64,000 nt of DNA, from NCBI RefSeq assembly GCF_009914755.1, contig NC_060947.1; one strand, written 5' to 3'. Position 1 is the first letter of the stretch. Every line of letters begins with the position of its first letter. A model generated the notes under the pieces. That model was not told the origin of the DNA. It did no database searches and worked only from the letters and a program-made list of their open reading frames with translations. Both the position numbers and the translations under genes were made by a program. This document shows, piece by piece, positions 33,844 to 53,101 of the stretch. The stretch is from the human T2T-CHM13v2.0 reference genome, Homo sapiens.

Positions 33844-34434
33844 TTAGGTCTCAACCCCTTGTTCCTCAACAGTCAAGTCTAATTCTGGAAGCAATTCCAG
33901 AAGAGGGAATTTTCTTTTCCCATTGAAACTTATTTAGTGTACCTAGAAGGCCCTTGGCTTCCAGAGGTGTTACACTGGAAAGAACCAGACACAGTTGAAT
34001 TAGAATCTTGGCTCTGCCATTTACTGCTGTATGAACTTGGTTAGGTTACTTTGCGCCTGTTATTTCCGAATTTGTAAAATGGAGATAAAATATTAACCCC
34101 ATTTGATTGCTGTCAGGGTGAAGTGAGCTAACATGAAATATTTAGCACAGTGCCTAGCAAGTAGTACACATTTAATGTTTCCTATTCCTCCTTCTCTCCA
34201 ATATAGGTTCTCCAAGACCTAGGGAGCAGTTGATTTATAAATGTCTCATACAACATTAGCTCATGCATGCAGAGAGATGATTATGCAGTGAGAACATACT
34301 AAGCTACGATATTCTCTATCTGAGTGCCAAAACGTGGCTGTTCTAGTTAGGGGGAGGGTGCAAGGAAGAGTAATGACATATATCTCTAATAGTGCTCTTT
34401 CTTTATTTTCTTGTCTTGGGTTGAAAAATGCTTT

Positions 34435-34935
<501 letters not shown>

Positions 34936-35129
34936 GAAAAATGCTTTTTTTTTTTTAATAAAAAAAAACAATTATAATGGTGCATATCAACATTTCCCAA
35001 AGTGCATTGTGTGGAACACTAGTCTAGTCAAATAAGTTTGAAAAATGTTACTTTCTACTGCCTCCTTTCTCAGCTTTACAAAACACATTAGTAAAGTGTT
35101 TAAAAGTCTCCTAATCTCATTCATAGTAA

Positions 35130-35351
<222 letters not shown>

Positions 35352-35840
35352 TAGGATTACAGGCGTGATCCAACATGCCTGGCTAATTTTTGTATTTTTA
35401 GTAGAGATGGGGTTTCATTGTGTTGACCAGGCTGGTCTCAAGCTCCTGACCTCTGGTGATCCACCCACCTCAGCCTCCCAAGTAGTTGGGATCACCTGGC
35501 TTCCCCCCCCTCCCCCCCGTATTTTTAGTAGAGATGGGGTTTTGCCATTTTGGCTAGGCTGGTCTCAAACTCCTGGTCTAAAGTGACCCACCTACCCCAG
35601 TTTCCCAGAGTGTTGGGATTACAGGTGTGAGCCACTGTGCCCTGCCTGGAGTACTCTCTTAGGTTAGGGTAGCATTTAGATCCCACTGTGGATGCCATTT
35701 TGGCTACCCCAGGTACCCATGGTGGTTGTGTCTTAGAGTAGCTCACAAAATCCTACAGAACCTGCAACATACCTCAAACTTTCAGTGTACAAATGAGAAG
35801 CAAAGCTTCGTATCTTGGTAACTGTAAGTATAAAAGAACT

Positions 35841-36150
<310 letters not shown>

Positions 36151-36481
36151 GAACTTAACCTGCATTACGGGCTATGAAGGATTTTGTCAACTAACTGAGT
36201 AGCTAGTCATCACTTATTGAATTGTTTCAGTGGGAATGATAGAATTTGAAAATCACTAGTTCTTCAACCTCCAATTAAATATTGATTCAGGTCAATATGA
36301 TCAATGAATGTTAAAATTGTAGGTGAATGAGTGTTGGGGAAACTGGTTATTCTTACAGTGGCAAGGTATCACTCTATAGACTGTACACCCTACAGCCTGT
36401 AGTATCACCCTACAGACTACTTGCTAACTGCTAATGGAAAAATATAAAAGCGAATAAGTAAATAAACATGAGTTCATATGA

Positions 36482-36861
<380 letters not shown>

Positions 36862-37818
36862 TTAGCTGTAATTTCTTTACCTGAAAGTGAGAAACCTGGC
36901 TCTCATCATCTATGATGCACTGACTTACTTATTCAACCCTAGCATATATGCAGTTACAGAACTGCTAACACATATCCTTGTGAGAAACATATTCATTCAC
37001 TGGAGTACAGTGTTTATACAGCACTTTTGGAGCACAGAAATATCTTATCTGGTGTGTATTTTACACTTACAGCTCATCCCCTTAGGACCAGACACGTTTC
37101 AAGTGCTGAAGAGCCACATAGGACCAGTGGCTGCCATATTGGCACGGATCTAAACCACCTCATGTGTAGCATCTGTTCCCTTTCCTCTGTGCTTCTGCAT
37201 GTTTTTTTCCCCCCTTTCGCTGCTTCTCATTTCCAATACAGAAAATTTCACCAGACTGTGTTTTATTCTAGGCCCTTGACTGGGAGAAATACACTTAGAT
37301 GTGCTTCTGGTGCACAAAGACGTGTTTTTATTTTATTTTTTTTGAGACAGAGTCTCACTCTGTCGCCTAGACTGGAGTGCAGTGGTGTGATCTTGGCTCA
37401 CTGCAGCCTCCGCATCGCGGGTTCAAGTGATTCTGGTGCCTCAGCCTCCCAAGTAGCTGGGATTATAGGCATGTACCACCATGCCCGGCTATGGCACACA
37501 GACATTCATGTGGCCAGTGGAGAGGGGAGATGCAATCCTGACACAGGGTTGGGGTTGGGGAACATGGACAGGAAGTTAAACTCTGTGCACATGATGAAGC
37601 ACTTACAGATGTCAGAGCCATGCAACAGTTGTGGCTCCTCAGTCACCTGGATCATGATCTCCATTCTCCTGTACTTGTCTTACCACCTTGCTGCAGCCAC
37701 CTGCAAACTGCTGTTTGAACCCAGAGCCTATAATCATCAGCTGAGCTTGTGGGTCTGAGCCCCTGATCAAGCCTAGACACAGAGAAGTTCAAAGGCAATA
37801 TAATAATTTTTAGTTTGA

Positions 37819-38447
<629 letters not shown>

Positions 38448-38687
38448 TAACTGTCATGAAAATGCACTTTAATGTTTTCAGAAAATAATACAGGTTCCCA
38501 AACCAGTGTAAAATTTGGCATTTATAATACATTTGTTCAGGAGGGATGAGTCATAAAGATTAACATTTGAGTGAAGACCTTTTGTTTATCAATTTATATG
38601 TTTCTTGAGTGCCTATTATGAACCGAGTGCCTATTATGAATTTATGAATGCCTGTTATGAATTATGGACATTGAATGCCTATTATGA

Positions 38688-39170
<483 letters not shown>

Positions 39171-39437
39171 TAAATTTAAAGCATTGTGTCCAGATACGGT
39201 CACCTGAGGTCAGGAGTTCAAGACCAGCCTGTACAACATGGCAAAACCCCATCTCTACTAAAAATACAAAAATTAGCCCAGCATGGTGGTGGGGTCCTGT
39301 AATCCCAGCTACTCAGGAGGCTGAGGGTGGAGAATCTCTTGAACCCAGGAGGTGGAGGTTGCAGTGAGCCAAGATTGCGCTACTGCACTCCAGCCCGGGT
39401 GACAGACTGAGACTCTGTTTCAAAAAAAAAAAAAAAA

Positions 39438-39661
39438 GTGTGTGTGTATATATATATATATACACATATATACACACATATATGTGTACATATATATGTA
39501 CATATATACGTGTGTATATGTGTACATATATGTACATATATATGTGTGTATATATGTATATATGTGTGTATATATGTATATATATGTGTATATATGTGTA
39601 TATGTGTATATATATGTGTATATATGTATATATATGTGTGTGTATATATATGTATATATAT
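39438..39661. repeat. (TA/TG/CA)n alternating purine-pyrimidine tract after an Alu tail
   Basis: Directly visible; source of the His/Ile/Tyr ORFs at 39313-39864. Confidence 0.97.
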
Positions 39662-40588
39662 GGTATTGCTTTGATTTTCAGGAAGCATGGACCATTAACT
39701 GAATTGAGAATTCCAAAATTTCCCCTCTGGATCTCAGTTTCACCATAATAAATTGAGGGAGTTGAACTCGATTGGTAATTCTCAACCCAAATCACAGTGA
39801 TGTCTTCTTTCACAGTGATGTCCTCTTTTTTTTTTTTTTTTGAGATAGAGTCTCGCACTGTCACCTGTCACCTGGATTGGAGTGCAGTGGTGCGATCTCT
39901 GCTCACTGCAACCTCCGCCTCCCAGGTTCAAGTGATTCTTCTTGCCTCAGCCTCCCAAGTAGCTGGGATTACAGGCGCCTGCCACCATGCCCGGCAAATT
40001 TTTTTGTATTTTTAGTAGAGATGGGGTTTACTATGTTGGCCAGGCTGGTCTCAAACTCCTGACCTCGTGATCCACCCTCCTCGGCCTCCAAAGTGGTGGG
40101 ATTACAGGCGTAAGCCACTGCGCTTGGCCAATGTCCTCGTTTAACAAGTAGTTTATAACTCTCCTTTTACTATTTTAAAATGATGCTAATAGGTAAGAGA
40201 TAATGAAACTTGTCTATATACATAGTTTCAATAAACATCAATATAACTTCCTAACTACAATATAAAGGAGAAACAAAAGGGAGGTAACTTTTAATAAAAT
40301 ATGTATTTAGGTATATATTTCAGTCGTTGTCAGATGCTTGCACCCATGGGTATAATTATTGTAAATGTGGCAACACATGCATATAAAAATAGTATGCACT
40401 GGTGGCTCTAATACCACATAACTCTAAATGATGCCATGATTTTCTGAAATGATTAATTTTGGCAAAATTCCAAGCCAAACGTACCATTTTCCTTCAACTG
40501 ACATAGTAGTTGTGTTCTTGGGAAAAAATATCAGCGAATATTGAAACCGTGAAAAAATACTTTATCTGTAAAAGGGAGTTGGGAGTTA

Positions 40589-41108
<520 letters not shown>

Positions 41109-41137
41109 CTAGAAGATCGAATTGCCGGCCGGCTTGA

Positions 41138-41404
<267 letters not shown>

Positions 41405-43412
41405 TGAACTTGAGCGGTCCACCCGCCTCGGCCTCCAAAAGTGCTGGGACTACAGGCGTGAGCCACTGCGTCCGGCCCCTTCATGAATTTTTATTGAATG
41501 AGACCTATCATAGGGTACTGTGTCATGGATCAAGAAGTCTTGTATGGATCAAGAAGTCTTGTATGTTTCTACATTTGCTGCTTGCGCCTCCATTATTACC
41601 AACGTTAGAGACCTGTTTACCTCATATGATATTATGAGAATTGCTGTCTTATAAAAGATTTTGAAACTCTAGAATGTAAAGAATGCAGCATAATTCATTC
41701 ATTTTTAAGTGGGTTAAAAATAGTTTCTACCACTTAGTTATCTTTTTGCATTTGTCATTTTGTTCTCAAATATGCCTTAGGATTTTTAAATAATTTTTTA
41801 CTTTCCTAGGGAAAAGTAATATGTGTTGTGGTCTGTTATTTCCAGTAGATGGCAATGTTTGGTGCAAAAAATGACCGTATAGCAATTGCAGATTGCCCTG
41901 GCTCTCTTTGTACTTAAAATCCAAACTTCATAGCGCGTGTTTGAAAGTACTGCTCTTTTTTTTTTTTTTTTTAATGACTTGATACGCATTAACTCAGTTA
42001 AACCAATGGATAGGCTGATAAAGAGGTGCATGTAATTCAAATTTTCACAACATAACTTACATTTTACTGTTGCAAAAAATTTTTTTAAAGGAGTTCCTAG
42101 AAAAATGCAACAATATTTTAATAGAAGGCTAAGTTCGTTCATGAAGTATTTACCTTTTGATTTATCAGTTCTATAAATTATGATTTTCTTATAGGTTTTT
42201 TTTTTAAATAATTTATTTTGAAACAGTTTCAGACTTACAGAAGAATTGCCAGAATAGTACAAAGAATTCCAGTAGTCCCTTTAGCCAGATATCCCTACTG
42301 TTAACACTGTACCTCATTTGCTTCATTGTTCATTCTTCTGGGTGGGTGTCATTATCATTAGTCTTTGAATCTTTTGAGAGCTAGAGGTTGTCTAATCACC
42401 CCTAAACACTCCAGAGGGTACTTCCTCAAAACGAGGTCACTCTCCTACCAGCATACAACCCTCTGAATCAGGAATCAATACTGTCCAATCCATATCCATC
42501 CATGCAGATTTTACCAGGTGGTCAACAGTGTCACTCTTTCCCTTTCTGGTTCACAGTCCTATCCAGGATTATGGTTTTGGTCTCCTGCGATCTAGACTAA
42601 GTTCGTTAGTCTTTCATACCCTTGAAATTTTTAAAGGGTACAGACATTACATTCTGTATGATGACTGTCATCTTGAGTCTTAAGGATGTTTCCTCATGAT
42701 CAGATGCCTGCATTCTTGGTAGGAATACATGAGGAGGCACATGATGCTAACCTGTCCCGTCACTGGTAATGTTAATGATGGTCATGTGGTCATCAGGATT
42801 TACCTCAAATCTATTGTAGGATTAAAGCCCATTTTAAAAAAGCTTTTTTTTTTATGTTTTTATTTTTTATTTTTTAGGCTGGGTGCAATGGCTCCCACCT
42901 GTAATCCCAGCACTTTGGGAGGCTGAGGTGGGAGGATGGCTTGAGCCAAGAGTTCAAGACCAGCGCTGGCAACATAAAAATTATCTAAGAGTAGTGGTGG
43001 TACATGGCTGTAGTCCCAGCTACTTGGGAGGCTGAGGTGGGAGGACCGCTTGAGCCAGGGGAAGTCAAGCTGCTGCACTCCAGCCTGGGTGACAGAGCCA
43101 AGACGCTATCACAAAAAAGAATAAAAAGATAAAAACATTCGTAATAATTTTTTCCCAAATTTTTGTTTCTTTTATCTTTTTTTCCTGGCTTATTTTTCCT
43201 TCATATAAAACTCATTTTAATTAAAATCTTTCATTTGGGTTTTTATTTTTTAAAAAAACAACATATAGTGACTTTCTTCATATGCCCCAAACTTCATAAA
43301 AAAAAATCCAAAGATATTTCAAGCATAGCTTGGCCAATCTGTGCCTGTATTTTTCTTTTGCTAAGATCATGCCATAGACTTGAGGGGTAATAACACTGCA
43401 GTAATGGCTTAA

Positions 43413-43738
<326 letters not shown>

Positions 43739-44200
43739 TAAGATCATAATATATTGGCAATATCTTAAAGCTCTTGACAAGTTGAATTTGATCACACATC
43801 AGCAGAAACAACTTCATTCATAATTGTGTTTTCTTATGTTTTATTCAGTACTGAAAACTACAACATAAAAGAAAATCTTTTTTTTTTTTTTTCTTGAAAC
43901 AGGGTCTCACTCTGTTGCCCAGGCTGGAGTTCAGTGGCACAGTCACAGCTCATTGCAGCCACAAACTCCCTGGTTCAGGTGATCCTCCCACCTCAGCTTC
44001 CTGGGTGTCTAGGACAACAGGCAGTCACCACCAAAATACTTAACATACAAAAAATGTAAAATATAAGAAATGGGCAGGGCGTGATAACTTGTGCCTGTAA
44101 TCCCAGCACTTTGGGAGGCTAAGGTAGACAAATTGCTTGCACCCAGGAATTTAAGACCAGCCATGGCAACACAGTGAGATCTCATCTCTACGAAAAACTA

Positions 44201-44419
<219 letters not shown>

Positions 44420-45315
44420 TTAAGTAGTTGAACAAGGTTTTATAATCAAACAAAATACTCTAATAACAAACCTATTTGCAGAGGGTGGAGTTGGTGGGTT
44501 GCAGTGAAGCAAGTTGTCTTTTAGTTGAATTTAAGTAATATCAATAAAATTTGTATATTTGTATATGGTGAAGACTTCAAACCAAATAGAAAAGGTATAA
44601 GTAAATCTCTCCCTTCCTTTACCCTCCAATTCCTACTCTCTCCATCTAACAGTATAAGCATTATTTTTTCTTATTTATCCTTCCAGAAAAATATTTGTTA
44701 CCTACAAGATATGTATATCACGTTCTTGGGAAAAAGTGGAATCTTGCCACACATACTTTTCACCTTTCTTTTTCACTTAATGCTGTTTCATAGAGATATT
44801 GTCACTTATAGATGCACATCATTCTTTTTAATGGTTGCATATTATTTGCATGGATTACCATAGTTTATTCTCATTGTGATGGGCATATTTGGTTGTTTCT
44901 AGGTTTTTAAATTTACAGACAAAGCTACAGTGACTCTCATTATATATACTTTTGTGGACCTTTGCAGATGGAAATATGATCAGGACAAAAGGGACAAAAT
45001 GAAATGAAGTATGGGGTGGATTTACGGTTACAGAAAAGTAGTAGCAAAGAGATGCTATTATTGGTGAATAGCAGCAAGCTAAAATTATTTTCTCCTAGTC
45101 TCTTTTAAATGAGGTAGAATATTAGGAAATTAAAATAAGAAGGCTGGGCGCGGTGGCTCATACCTGTAATCCCAGCACTTAGGGAGGCCGAGGCGGGTGG
45201 ATCACCTGAGGTCGGGAGTTCGAGACCAACCTGGCCAACATGGCGAGACCCCCATTTCTACTAAAAATACAAAAATTAGCTGGGTGTGGCTCATGTCTGT
45301 AATCCCAGCTACTCA

Positions 45316-45462
<147 letters not shown>

Positions 45463-45618
45463 TTAAAAAATGTCAAAGTAGATCATATAATTCCATGAAG
45501 TTAAAAGTAAAGAAATGGAGAAAGTACATGCAGAATCGTTTTTCCATTGGTTTCAGGATTTATAACCAGCAAAAACTCAACTAACATTTGGTCATATGAT
45601 TTTATATTCCTGTTTTAG

Positions 45619-45698
45619 GAAAACAAAACTGTCAAGTGGGCTTCTAGGTGGGATTAGATTTTGGAGTCTGTGCCTCATGCTAATATTCAGTGGTTTAG
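45619..45698 (+). pseudogene. TM9SF5P: TM9SF pseudo-exon (exon-8 equivalent), 80 bp
   Basis: AG at 45617-18, GTaagc at 45699. [26 protein letters not shown] versus TM9SF2 [27 protein letters not shown]. TAG at 45655-57 replaces Tyr. Confidence 0.95.
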
Positions 45699-46661
45699 GT
45701 AAGCACTTCATGAAGTAAAAAGTAAGTAGTTTTGAGGTAGAAATGTAAATATATATATATTTAAATTAACATATTTTGTTATCACAGATGATCTTGGGTT
45801 ACATCTTTTTCCTTCTCTGTGACTGTAGTTTCCTCTCTCCTCTTCTCCCTTCCACTCCCCACATACACAATGAAAAAAAGATAAATGTGTTTTAAATATG
45901 TTAGTGTTTATGCTGAAGGGAAAGAGCAATCCGAAATGTCATGGAGATACTACGTCTGCATGGAATGAATATTGGGGTGGAGAGTCAGTGAGATATGACT
46001 GTGGAAGTTGACACTGTGCAAGAGATGAAAAATAAAATGGAATGGAAACTTCTGTTTGTGGGTTCAAAAAGTTCAGGCACAGTAGAGAGTTAGGAAAAAT
46101 AGTAACCAGCTGGGGTAGAGGAAGGTAAGGATGTCATAAAAATCTGGGAAGCGGTGAGAAAAGGGTGAAAGGATTTCGTGTGACAAACCCACAACTTGAA
46201 GTGGCTGTGTAATCAAGGCAGGTCATATAGAGGAGAGGATCGTATGGAGATAATGTCTGCCAGTGAAGGACCATTTACTCTTTTTAGTCCCTATCGTGAT
46301 GCTATGGTAGGCTTTGAGCTCAACAGTGAATAAGGCAGAGGACATGCTAGTGGACCCAGACTGAAAGGACTTGATTCCTTGGGAATCTTCAACAGGATGA
46401 AACCACAGAGTTAGAAGTCTGTGACTATGGAAAGAGTGGTTTCACATGGGGATGGACTCAGTGAGAGATGGACCAACTGAGAACATAACTAATGATTGGG
46501 GCTGTGATAAAGTGCTGAGAGTGGGAGTAGGATGTGAAGTTAGTAACTTAGGAGACTGAACAGAGAAGCTGGTCAAAAAGAAGTGAATTAGTCCATATTG
46601 TATTTTATTCCTTGTTGTCTTTATATCCTGTAATAAAGCAATCATGGGTCAAAGGAGATTA

Positions 46662-46823
<162 letters not shown>

Positions 46824-47863
46824 TTAAAAAAGTGAAAGTAAGGAATGGTGTGATACTAGGAGTATGGTCTTCTGGAGTGATGATTCTCCTTATGCTCCCA
46901 TTGACTTTAAAATGAAAATACCCTTTCTCTCCTTTCCTTGTTCCTATTATTCCTCCTCCTCCTCCTGCTCCTTGTCCTCTTGCTTCTTCCTATGGTAGCT
47001 TTTCCAGAGAGGCTTCTGTTTGGGCAACAGTTCCAATCCCATTTTGTCACGCCCCAGAAGTCTCCTCAGATACAATTTATTTAAATGGTTTCTCCAAAGG
47101 GGTTGTGAAAGTGAAGGACCTCTAGATAGATTATGAGGGCTAATTTCTGGTAGTATTAATGTAACAACAAAATGTACTGTATTTTAGTTTCTGTCATGAC
47201 TTAATTTACTTACAACATTTAACAGACATTTAGACATCAGTAGCCTTATTGGCGTCTCACTAAAACAGTGCTGGACTTTTCATAGATTCTGGTGAAACTT
47301 TGTGTGTGTGTATGGGTTTGGTTGGGGAGGTGGGATGGCAGAAGGCATTGGCTTTGATTTGGGGATAGTTTTTAAGTTTTAGATTTAGAAACAGTAAGTA
47401 AGAGCTGGTAGATAAGTGGTCCTTGGGATCTTTGCCCTGAAGCTCATAGAGTAATAGAGTTAAAGACTATGGCCTTGATCCATTGGCTAAGAAGCCAGTC
47501 AGCCATTAGTTCAACCTGTGTCTCCTGAACTTAGGTTGTCAGTTCCATGCTCCCAAACTAAGTTTGTGTGACAGATCTTATTTACTTATTTCTCTTTGAG
47601 AAGGTACTCTTAAAGTTTTCTAAAAATAACCTTAAGAATAGTGTTGCTTCTATTACTTTATTTGTAATACTCTTTTGTAACATAACTTTAAGTTCACTTA
47701 ATATATTGATGCATTGTCATTGATCTAAATTTAACGTTAGAAAACTGATTTACATAATGATAATTTGAATGTCTTTCTTTTATATGTACGTGCATTTTTT
47801 TCAGTGCTCAATTAGGAAGTTTTGAGATTTAACTTCTCTTTTTTTCTTTCTTAAATTTTCTAG

Positions 47864-47969
47864 TATTGTGAATTCCTTTGTTGTTATTCTTTTCTTATCT
47901 GGAACGGTGGCTATCATATTAAGGATTCTCCATAAAGATATTATCAGATATAATAAGATGAATTCTCCC
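47864..47969 (+). pseudogene. TM9SF5P: TM9SF pseudo-exon (exon-9 equivalent, TM1), 106 bp
   Basis: Polypyrimidine tract plus AG at 47862-63. IVNSFVVILFLSGTVAIILRILHKDIIRYNKMNSP versus IMNSLVIVLFLSGMVAMIMLRTLHKDIARYNQMDST. Donor mutated to ATaagt (47970-75). Confidence 0.95.
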
Positions 47970-48671
47970 ATAAGTAAAAAATGCATATGTTAGATTCAAC
48001 AAATACTTAAGTGCCTATTCTGCCCAGTTTTCATCAATGTTATATTTCTACTTAGAGTATTGCACCTTGAATACAACACATTTTTTATGCCTAGTGATTT
48101 TGTATGTTATACCAAATCAGAAAGTACAGAGTTGAGTAAATTTTTTTAAAAGAACAGGGAGGTTTATTAGAGAGTTGTTTGTCATCAACTTTTTGGTTAT
48201 ATCCTTTTTTATGTGTTTCTGAACTCTCAAAATATCATTATTAAAGATTTTCATTGATTAGAAGTATGAGATAACAATATCAAACATTGCAAAATACTGT
48301 AATTTAGGTTATACTGTTTATACTGTTTTGACTCTTGTGACCACTTGTGTATTGGTCAATTTTTAATTGCTATAACATTGGTCAAGTTCCTTATGTAGGT
48401 TAAATCATTTTGCTTTCTTCATGAGAAGTAAATCAGTTGTGTGTTTTATGTAATTAACACACTCCCTCGGATGCAAAACTTCGAGGAAGGGAGTGATTCA
48501 TTTGTGTGGCAGGATCATGTACCTTTCAGAGACCTGCTAAATTCATAATGAGCCATTGGTTTCCAGTTAGTCTGCCTTTAAAGGAAAATTCTGTTTCAAC
48601 TAACTTTCAGAGCTCTTGTAACTTTCTGTCATAGTAGCTTGTATGTTTGTTAGAGACTTTCTTATGTGTGG

Positions 48672-48804
48672 GAGGATGCCCAGCAGGAGTTTGGCTGGAA
48701 GATGATTCATGCAGTTGTTTTCAGGCCCCCAAAGAACGCAATGTTGCTGTCAGCCTTCCTGGGTCAAGGAACACAAATTTTGTTTGTTACCTTTATTACT
48801 TTAA
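48672..48804 (+). pseudogene. TM9SF5P: TM9SF pseudo-exon (exon-10 equivalent, TM2), 133 bp
   Basis: EDAQQEFGWKMIHAVVFRPPKNAMLLSAFLGQGTQILFVTFITL versus EDAQEEFGWKLVHGDIFRPPRKGMLLSVFLGSGTQILIMTFVTL. Acceptor is GG (48670-71) and donor is ATgagt (48805-10). Confidence 0.95.
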
Positions 48805-49818
48805 ATGAGTACACTCAGATATGTCTTAAACATTCATAGTAAGCTGCCGGCATATGTTAAACTTTGAGTCCTTTGTACAAAGGGACTTGGAAAATTATAC
48901 CCTAAAGTTAATGGAAATCTGTGTTTTATAATGTTTACATTTCTGTCTTCTCAAATTAAGGATATTAGTCTAAGTATCTTCCTATATCAAGCACCTTCCA
49001 TAGCTTCTTTAGTTCTGAATAGTTTATTGTAAACTCCAATATGTATATTCCTTGCTTTGCAAAATAAACGCATTCTTAAAATCAGTACATGAGTAGAATC
49101 ATATTTTAAGTGGGCTAAGGGAGTTCATGATTTGAAAGCTAACATTTTGAAATGCTACAGCAAGCCTAAGTGCTGGTCTTTAAGTGTATAAATGGAATGG
49201 CATCGGTAGTGGGCTCACAACAGCTGATGAACCCTAGTGCCTTCATTTATAAACTAAAAATGGAGCTTGTCAGTTTTTGATAGCCAGAGTAGTGATTTTC
49301 GTAAACAAAGCTGCTGTAAAAAATGGCTCATTAGATGTTTCAGATGTCAATGATAATTTCAAAAATCAGCTTTTAGGGTTATATTTTCCTGAGACCAATT
49401 CTCACTTTGATTTTTTTTTCATTCCTGAGCTTGAATAAAAGGAAACAGAAGGAAATTTCTTTGGGAAAAAAAGAAGTGCTGTTTTTGGAGTGACTACTGA
49501 AGTGGGAAAGGGGGAGATATTTTGTGTAATTTTGATTTAGACAGTGAAATTAAGGCTAATTCAACTTATGAAAACTTACTTCCACTTACCTTGAATGGAA
49601 AATCAGACTTTTTCATTAAGAAAAAGTGTCAAGTACTTAGCCAAGCAAATAACATTTGCTTATAGCATCCCTTGCTTGTAGTACTCCCATTAGATAATTT
49701 ACTTGTGTGCCGTTTCATATAATGTCTTAATAAGGTTGTGCTTAATTTCTTATAAAGTCCTATGTACTTTTGAGACTATTATTGTTGCTGGTTTTCTATT
49801 TCATTTTTGTGCCTTTAG

Positions 49819-49938
49819 GTCTGGCCTGCCTTGGTTTTCCTTCTCCTGCCAATGGAGGAGCTTTAATGACCTGTGCCATTGTGTTATGGGTCCTTCTGGG
49901 AACCCCTGCCAGATATGTGTCTGCTATAATGTATAAGA
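49819..49938 (+). pseudogene. TM9SF5P: TM9SF pseudo-exon (exon-11 equivalent, TM3), 120 bp
   Basis: AG at 49817-18, GTaagc at 49939. LACLGFPSPANGGALMTCAIVLWVLLGTPARYVSAIMYK versus FACLGFLSPANRGALMTCAVVLWVLLGTPAGYVAARFYK. Contained in ORF 49770..49988. Confidence 0.96.
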
Positions 49939-50144
49939 GTAAGCATTACAACTGTTATTATTCCAGGAAGTTGTTGCGTGAAATGTAGAAATTAAAAGGC
50001 TGTGAAGTAAAAAATAAAAAAAATTGCATGGGGGAATTTTAGCCGACTTATGAAAATTTAATTGTGCCTTGATTACTCTAAAGTATTTGTAAAGTTGACT
50101 AAATCAAGTTGCTAAAGTAACTATTCAGTTTTTTACTTCCTTAG

Positions 50145-50202
50145 CATTTAGAGGTGCTAAGTGGAAGACAAATGCCTTGCTGACAGCACTATTATGTCCG
50201 GG
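50145..50202 (+). pseudogene. TM9SF5P: TM9SF pseudo-exon (exon-12 equivalent), 58 bp
   Basis: AG at 50143-44, GTtagt at 50203. FRGAKWKTNALLTALLCPG versus FGGEKWKTNVLLTSFLCPG. Confidence 0.93.
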
Positions 50203-50311
50203 GTTAGTATCTCACGTTCTCTTTTCCCTATGCAATTATATGCTTCCTTACACTTCATCTTGGAAAAAAAAAAATCATTGTATACTATAACAAAAAGTAG
50301 GAAGGACATGA

Positions 50312-50741
<430 letters not shown>

Positions 50742-51201
50742 TGATCTTTGTTTTTGAAGCAGATTTCATAAATGTTTATCTCAGTTATACATTTTGCATT
50801 CTGTCATGCTAGACTTGCAATTTATGCACGACATTTTGTTACTCTCCTTGTTGCTGCCTTCAGTGATTATTTCTTCCTGTCTCACCTAGTTACTGCAGCG
50901 TCGTTAGTGACTGCAGTTTCAAGGTACAGTCATAGTCAAAGTGAGGGTGGGAGTGATGCTGTGCAGTGGCTGTGAGAGTAGCTTATCTAGTGTCATAATT
51001 ATATAGATGCAGAATCTGTAGCCAAACTACGAACTAAAGAACAACTTGTTCTGGGTCTCACTTGAAGTCAGTAAAAGGGCCAGGCTGTATATAACTCAGT
51101 GTCCCCTCTCCTGCATCCTATCCATTCCTCTTCCTGCAATACTTGACTGATAAAGTGCTGAATTGCTTAGGGTTTTGTCTCCAAATTCCTTGATATGTTT
51201 T

Positions 51202-51570
51202 TGTCTTAGTCAACTTGGATTGCCATAACAAAACACCGTAGACGGAGTGGCTTAAAAACAGGATGCTGGCATAGTTGGTTTCTGGTCAGAGCTCTCTTCC
51301 TGGCTTGCAGATGGCTGCCTTTATCCCTGTGTCCTCACATGGCAGGGTGGGGGGAGAGAGAGAGAGAGACAGAGAGAGAGAGGGAGAGAGAGAGAGAGAG
51401 AGAAGAGAGATAGAGATAGAGCTGTCTCTACTTATAAGGGCACTATCCCATCATAGGGACCTACTGAGGTCTGAAAAGCCCCATCTCCAAGTATAATCAC
51501 ATTGGAGGTTAGGGCTTCAACATATGAATTGGTGCGGGGCTGGGATGTGCACAATTCATTCCATAGCATG
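51202..51570 (-). mobile_element. MLT1A-type MaLR LTR with internal (GA)n
   Basis: tgtcttagtc..gccataacaaaacaccgtagac..tcttcctggcttgcagatggctgcc..gttagggcttcaacatatgaatt..ccatagca. Confidence 0.8.
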
Positions 51571-52019
51571 TTTCATTCACTCATAGAAAGAAAAAAATTG
51601 TCTCCTTGATATGTTCTGAAGGACAGTCTTTTTGTTTTGTTTTTAAGGAAGTAGTAATGAATTATATCTTAATTGTTATGTGGTACTTAACTTACTATTT
51701 GTAACAAAATTTCCACGTCCTTAATGATGGAAGTGTATCATAATAGGAAAAGAGGCCCTACACTAAAAATTTTACAGAGTAAATTCAGTTACATGGACAT
51801 GATGTACTGATTAGTGACAAAATGAGAGTAGATGAATTCATAATCCTTTGTAACTGAGTATAATGCCATCAATGATGCAATTCAGTGATATATTCAGTAG
51901 ACTGATAATATTTTATCTACATGTGGCTTATTTATCCCTAAACTCCATGGAAATAAGATCATTGAAAGATGAGTAAGCATATGTACAGAAAGAAAAAAAC
52001 AGGCCATTGATAGAATTGA

Positions 52020-52184
<165 letters not shown>

Positions 52185-52376
52185 TGAGACTACAGGTGTG
52201 TACCACCTTGCCTGGCTAATTTTTTAAGTTTTTGTGGAGAAAGAGTCTTGCAGTGTTGTCCAGGCTGGTCTTGAACTCCTGGCCTCAAGTGCTCCTCCTG
52301 CCTTGGCCTTCCAAAATATTGGGATTACAGACATGACACCACCATGCCTGGCCAGAATTTTTTTTTTTTTTTTTAG

Positions 52377-52544
<168 letters not shown>

Positions 52545-52792
52545 TAGAGACGGGGTTTCACCGTGTTAGCCAGGGTGGTCTCGATCTCCTGACCTCGTGA
52601 TCCACCTGCCTCAGCGTCTCAAAGTGTTGGGATTACAGGTGTGAGCCACCGCGCCCAGCCTTTTTTTTAAAATTATACTTCTGACTTACTTAAAATGAGC
52701 CTAATGCACCCACCACCCCCAATCTTGTAGAGCCATCTGCTTTTTCTATAACTTTTGAAGGGAATTAGAATGGGTCGTCTTTCCTGAGGTGA

Positions 52793-53101
<309 letters not shown>

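Noticed and set aside
37027-37758. Longest ORF (243 aa)
   Set aside because: Non-ATG start, an Alu arm in the middle and no recognisable domain.
39313-39864. His/Ile/Tyr-rich ORFs on both strands
   Set aside because: Translation of the (TA/TG)n microsatellite.
41798-42262. 154-aa minus-strand ORF
   Set aside because: AT-rich, includes poly-A-derived Lys runs and old L1-like sequence; no homology recognised.
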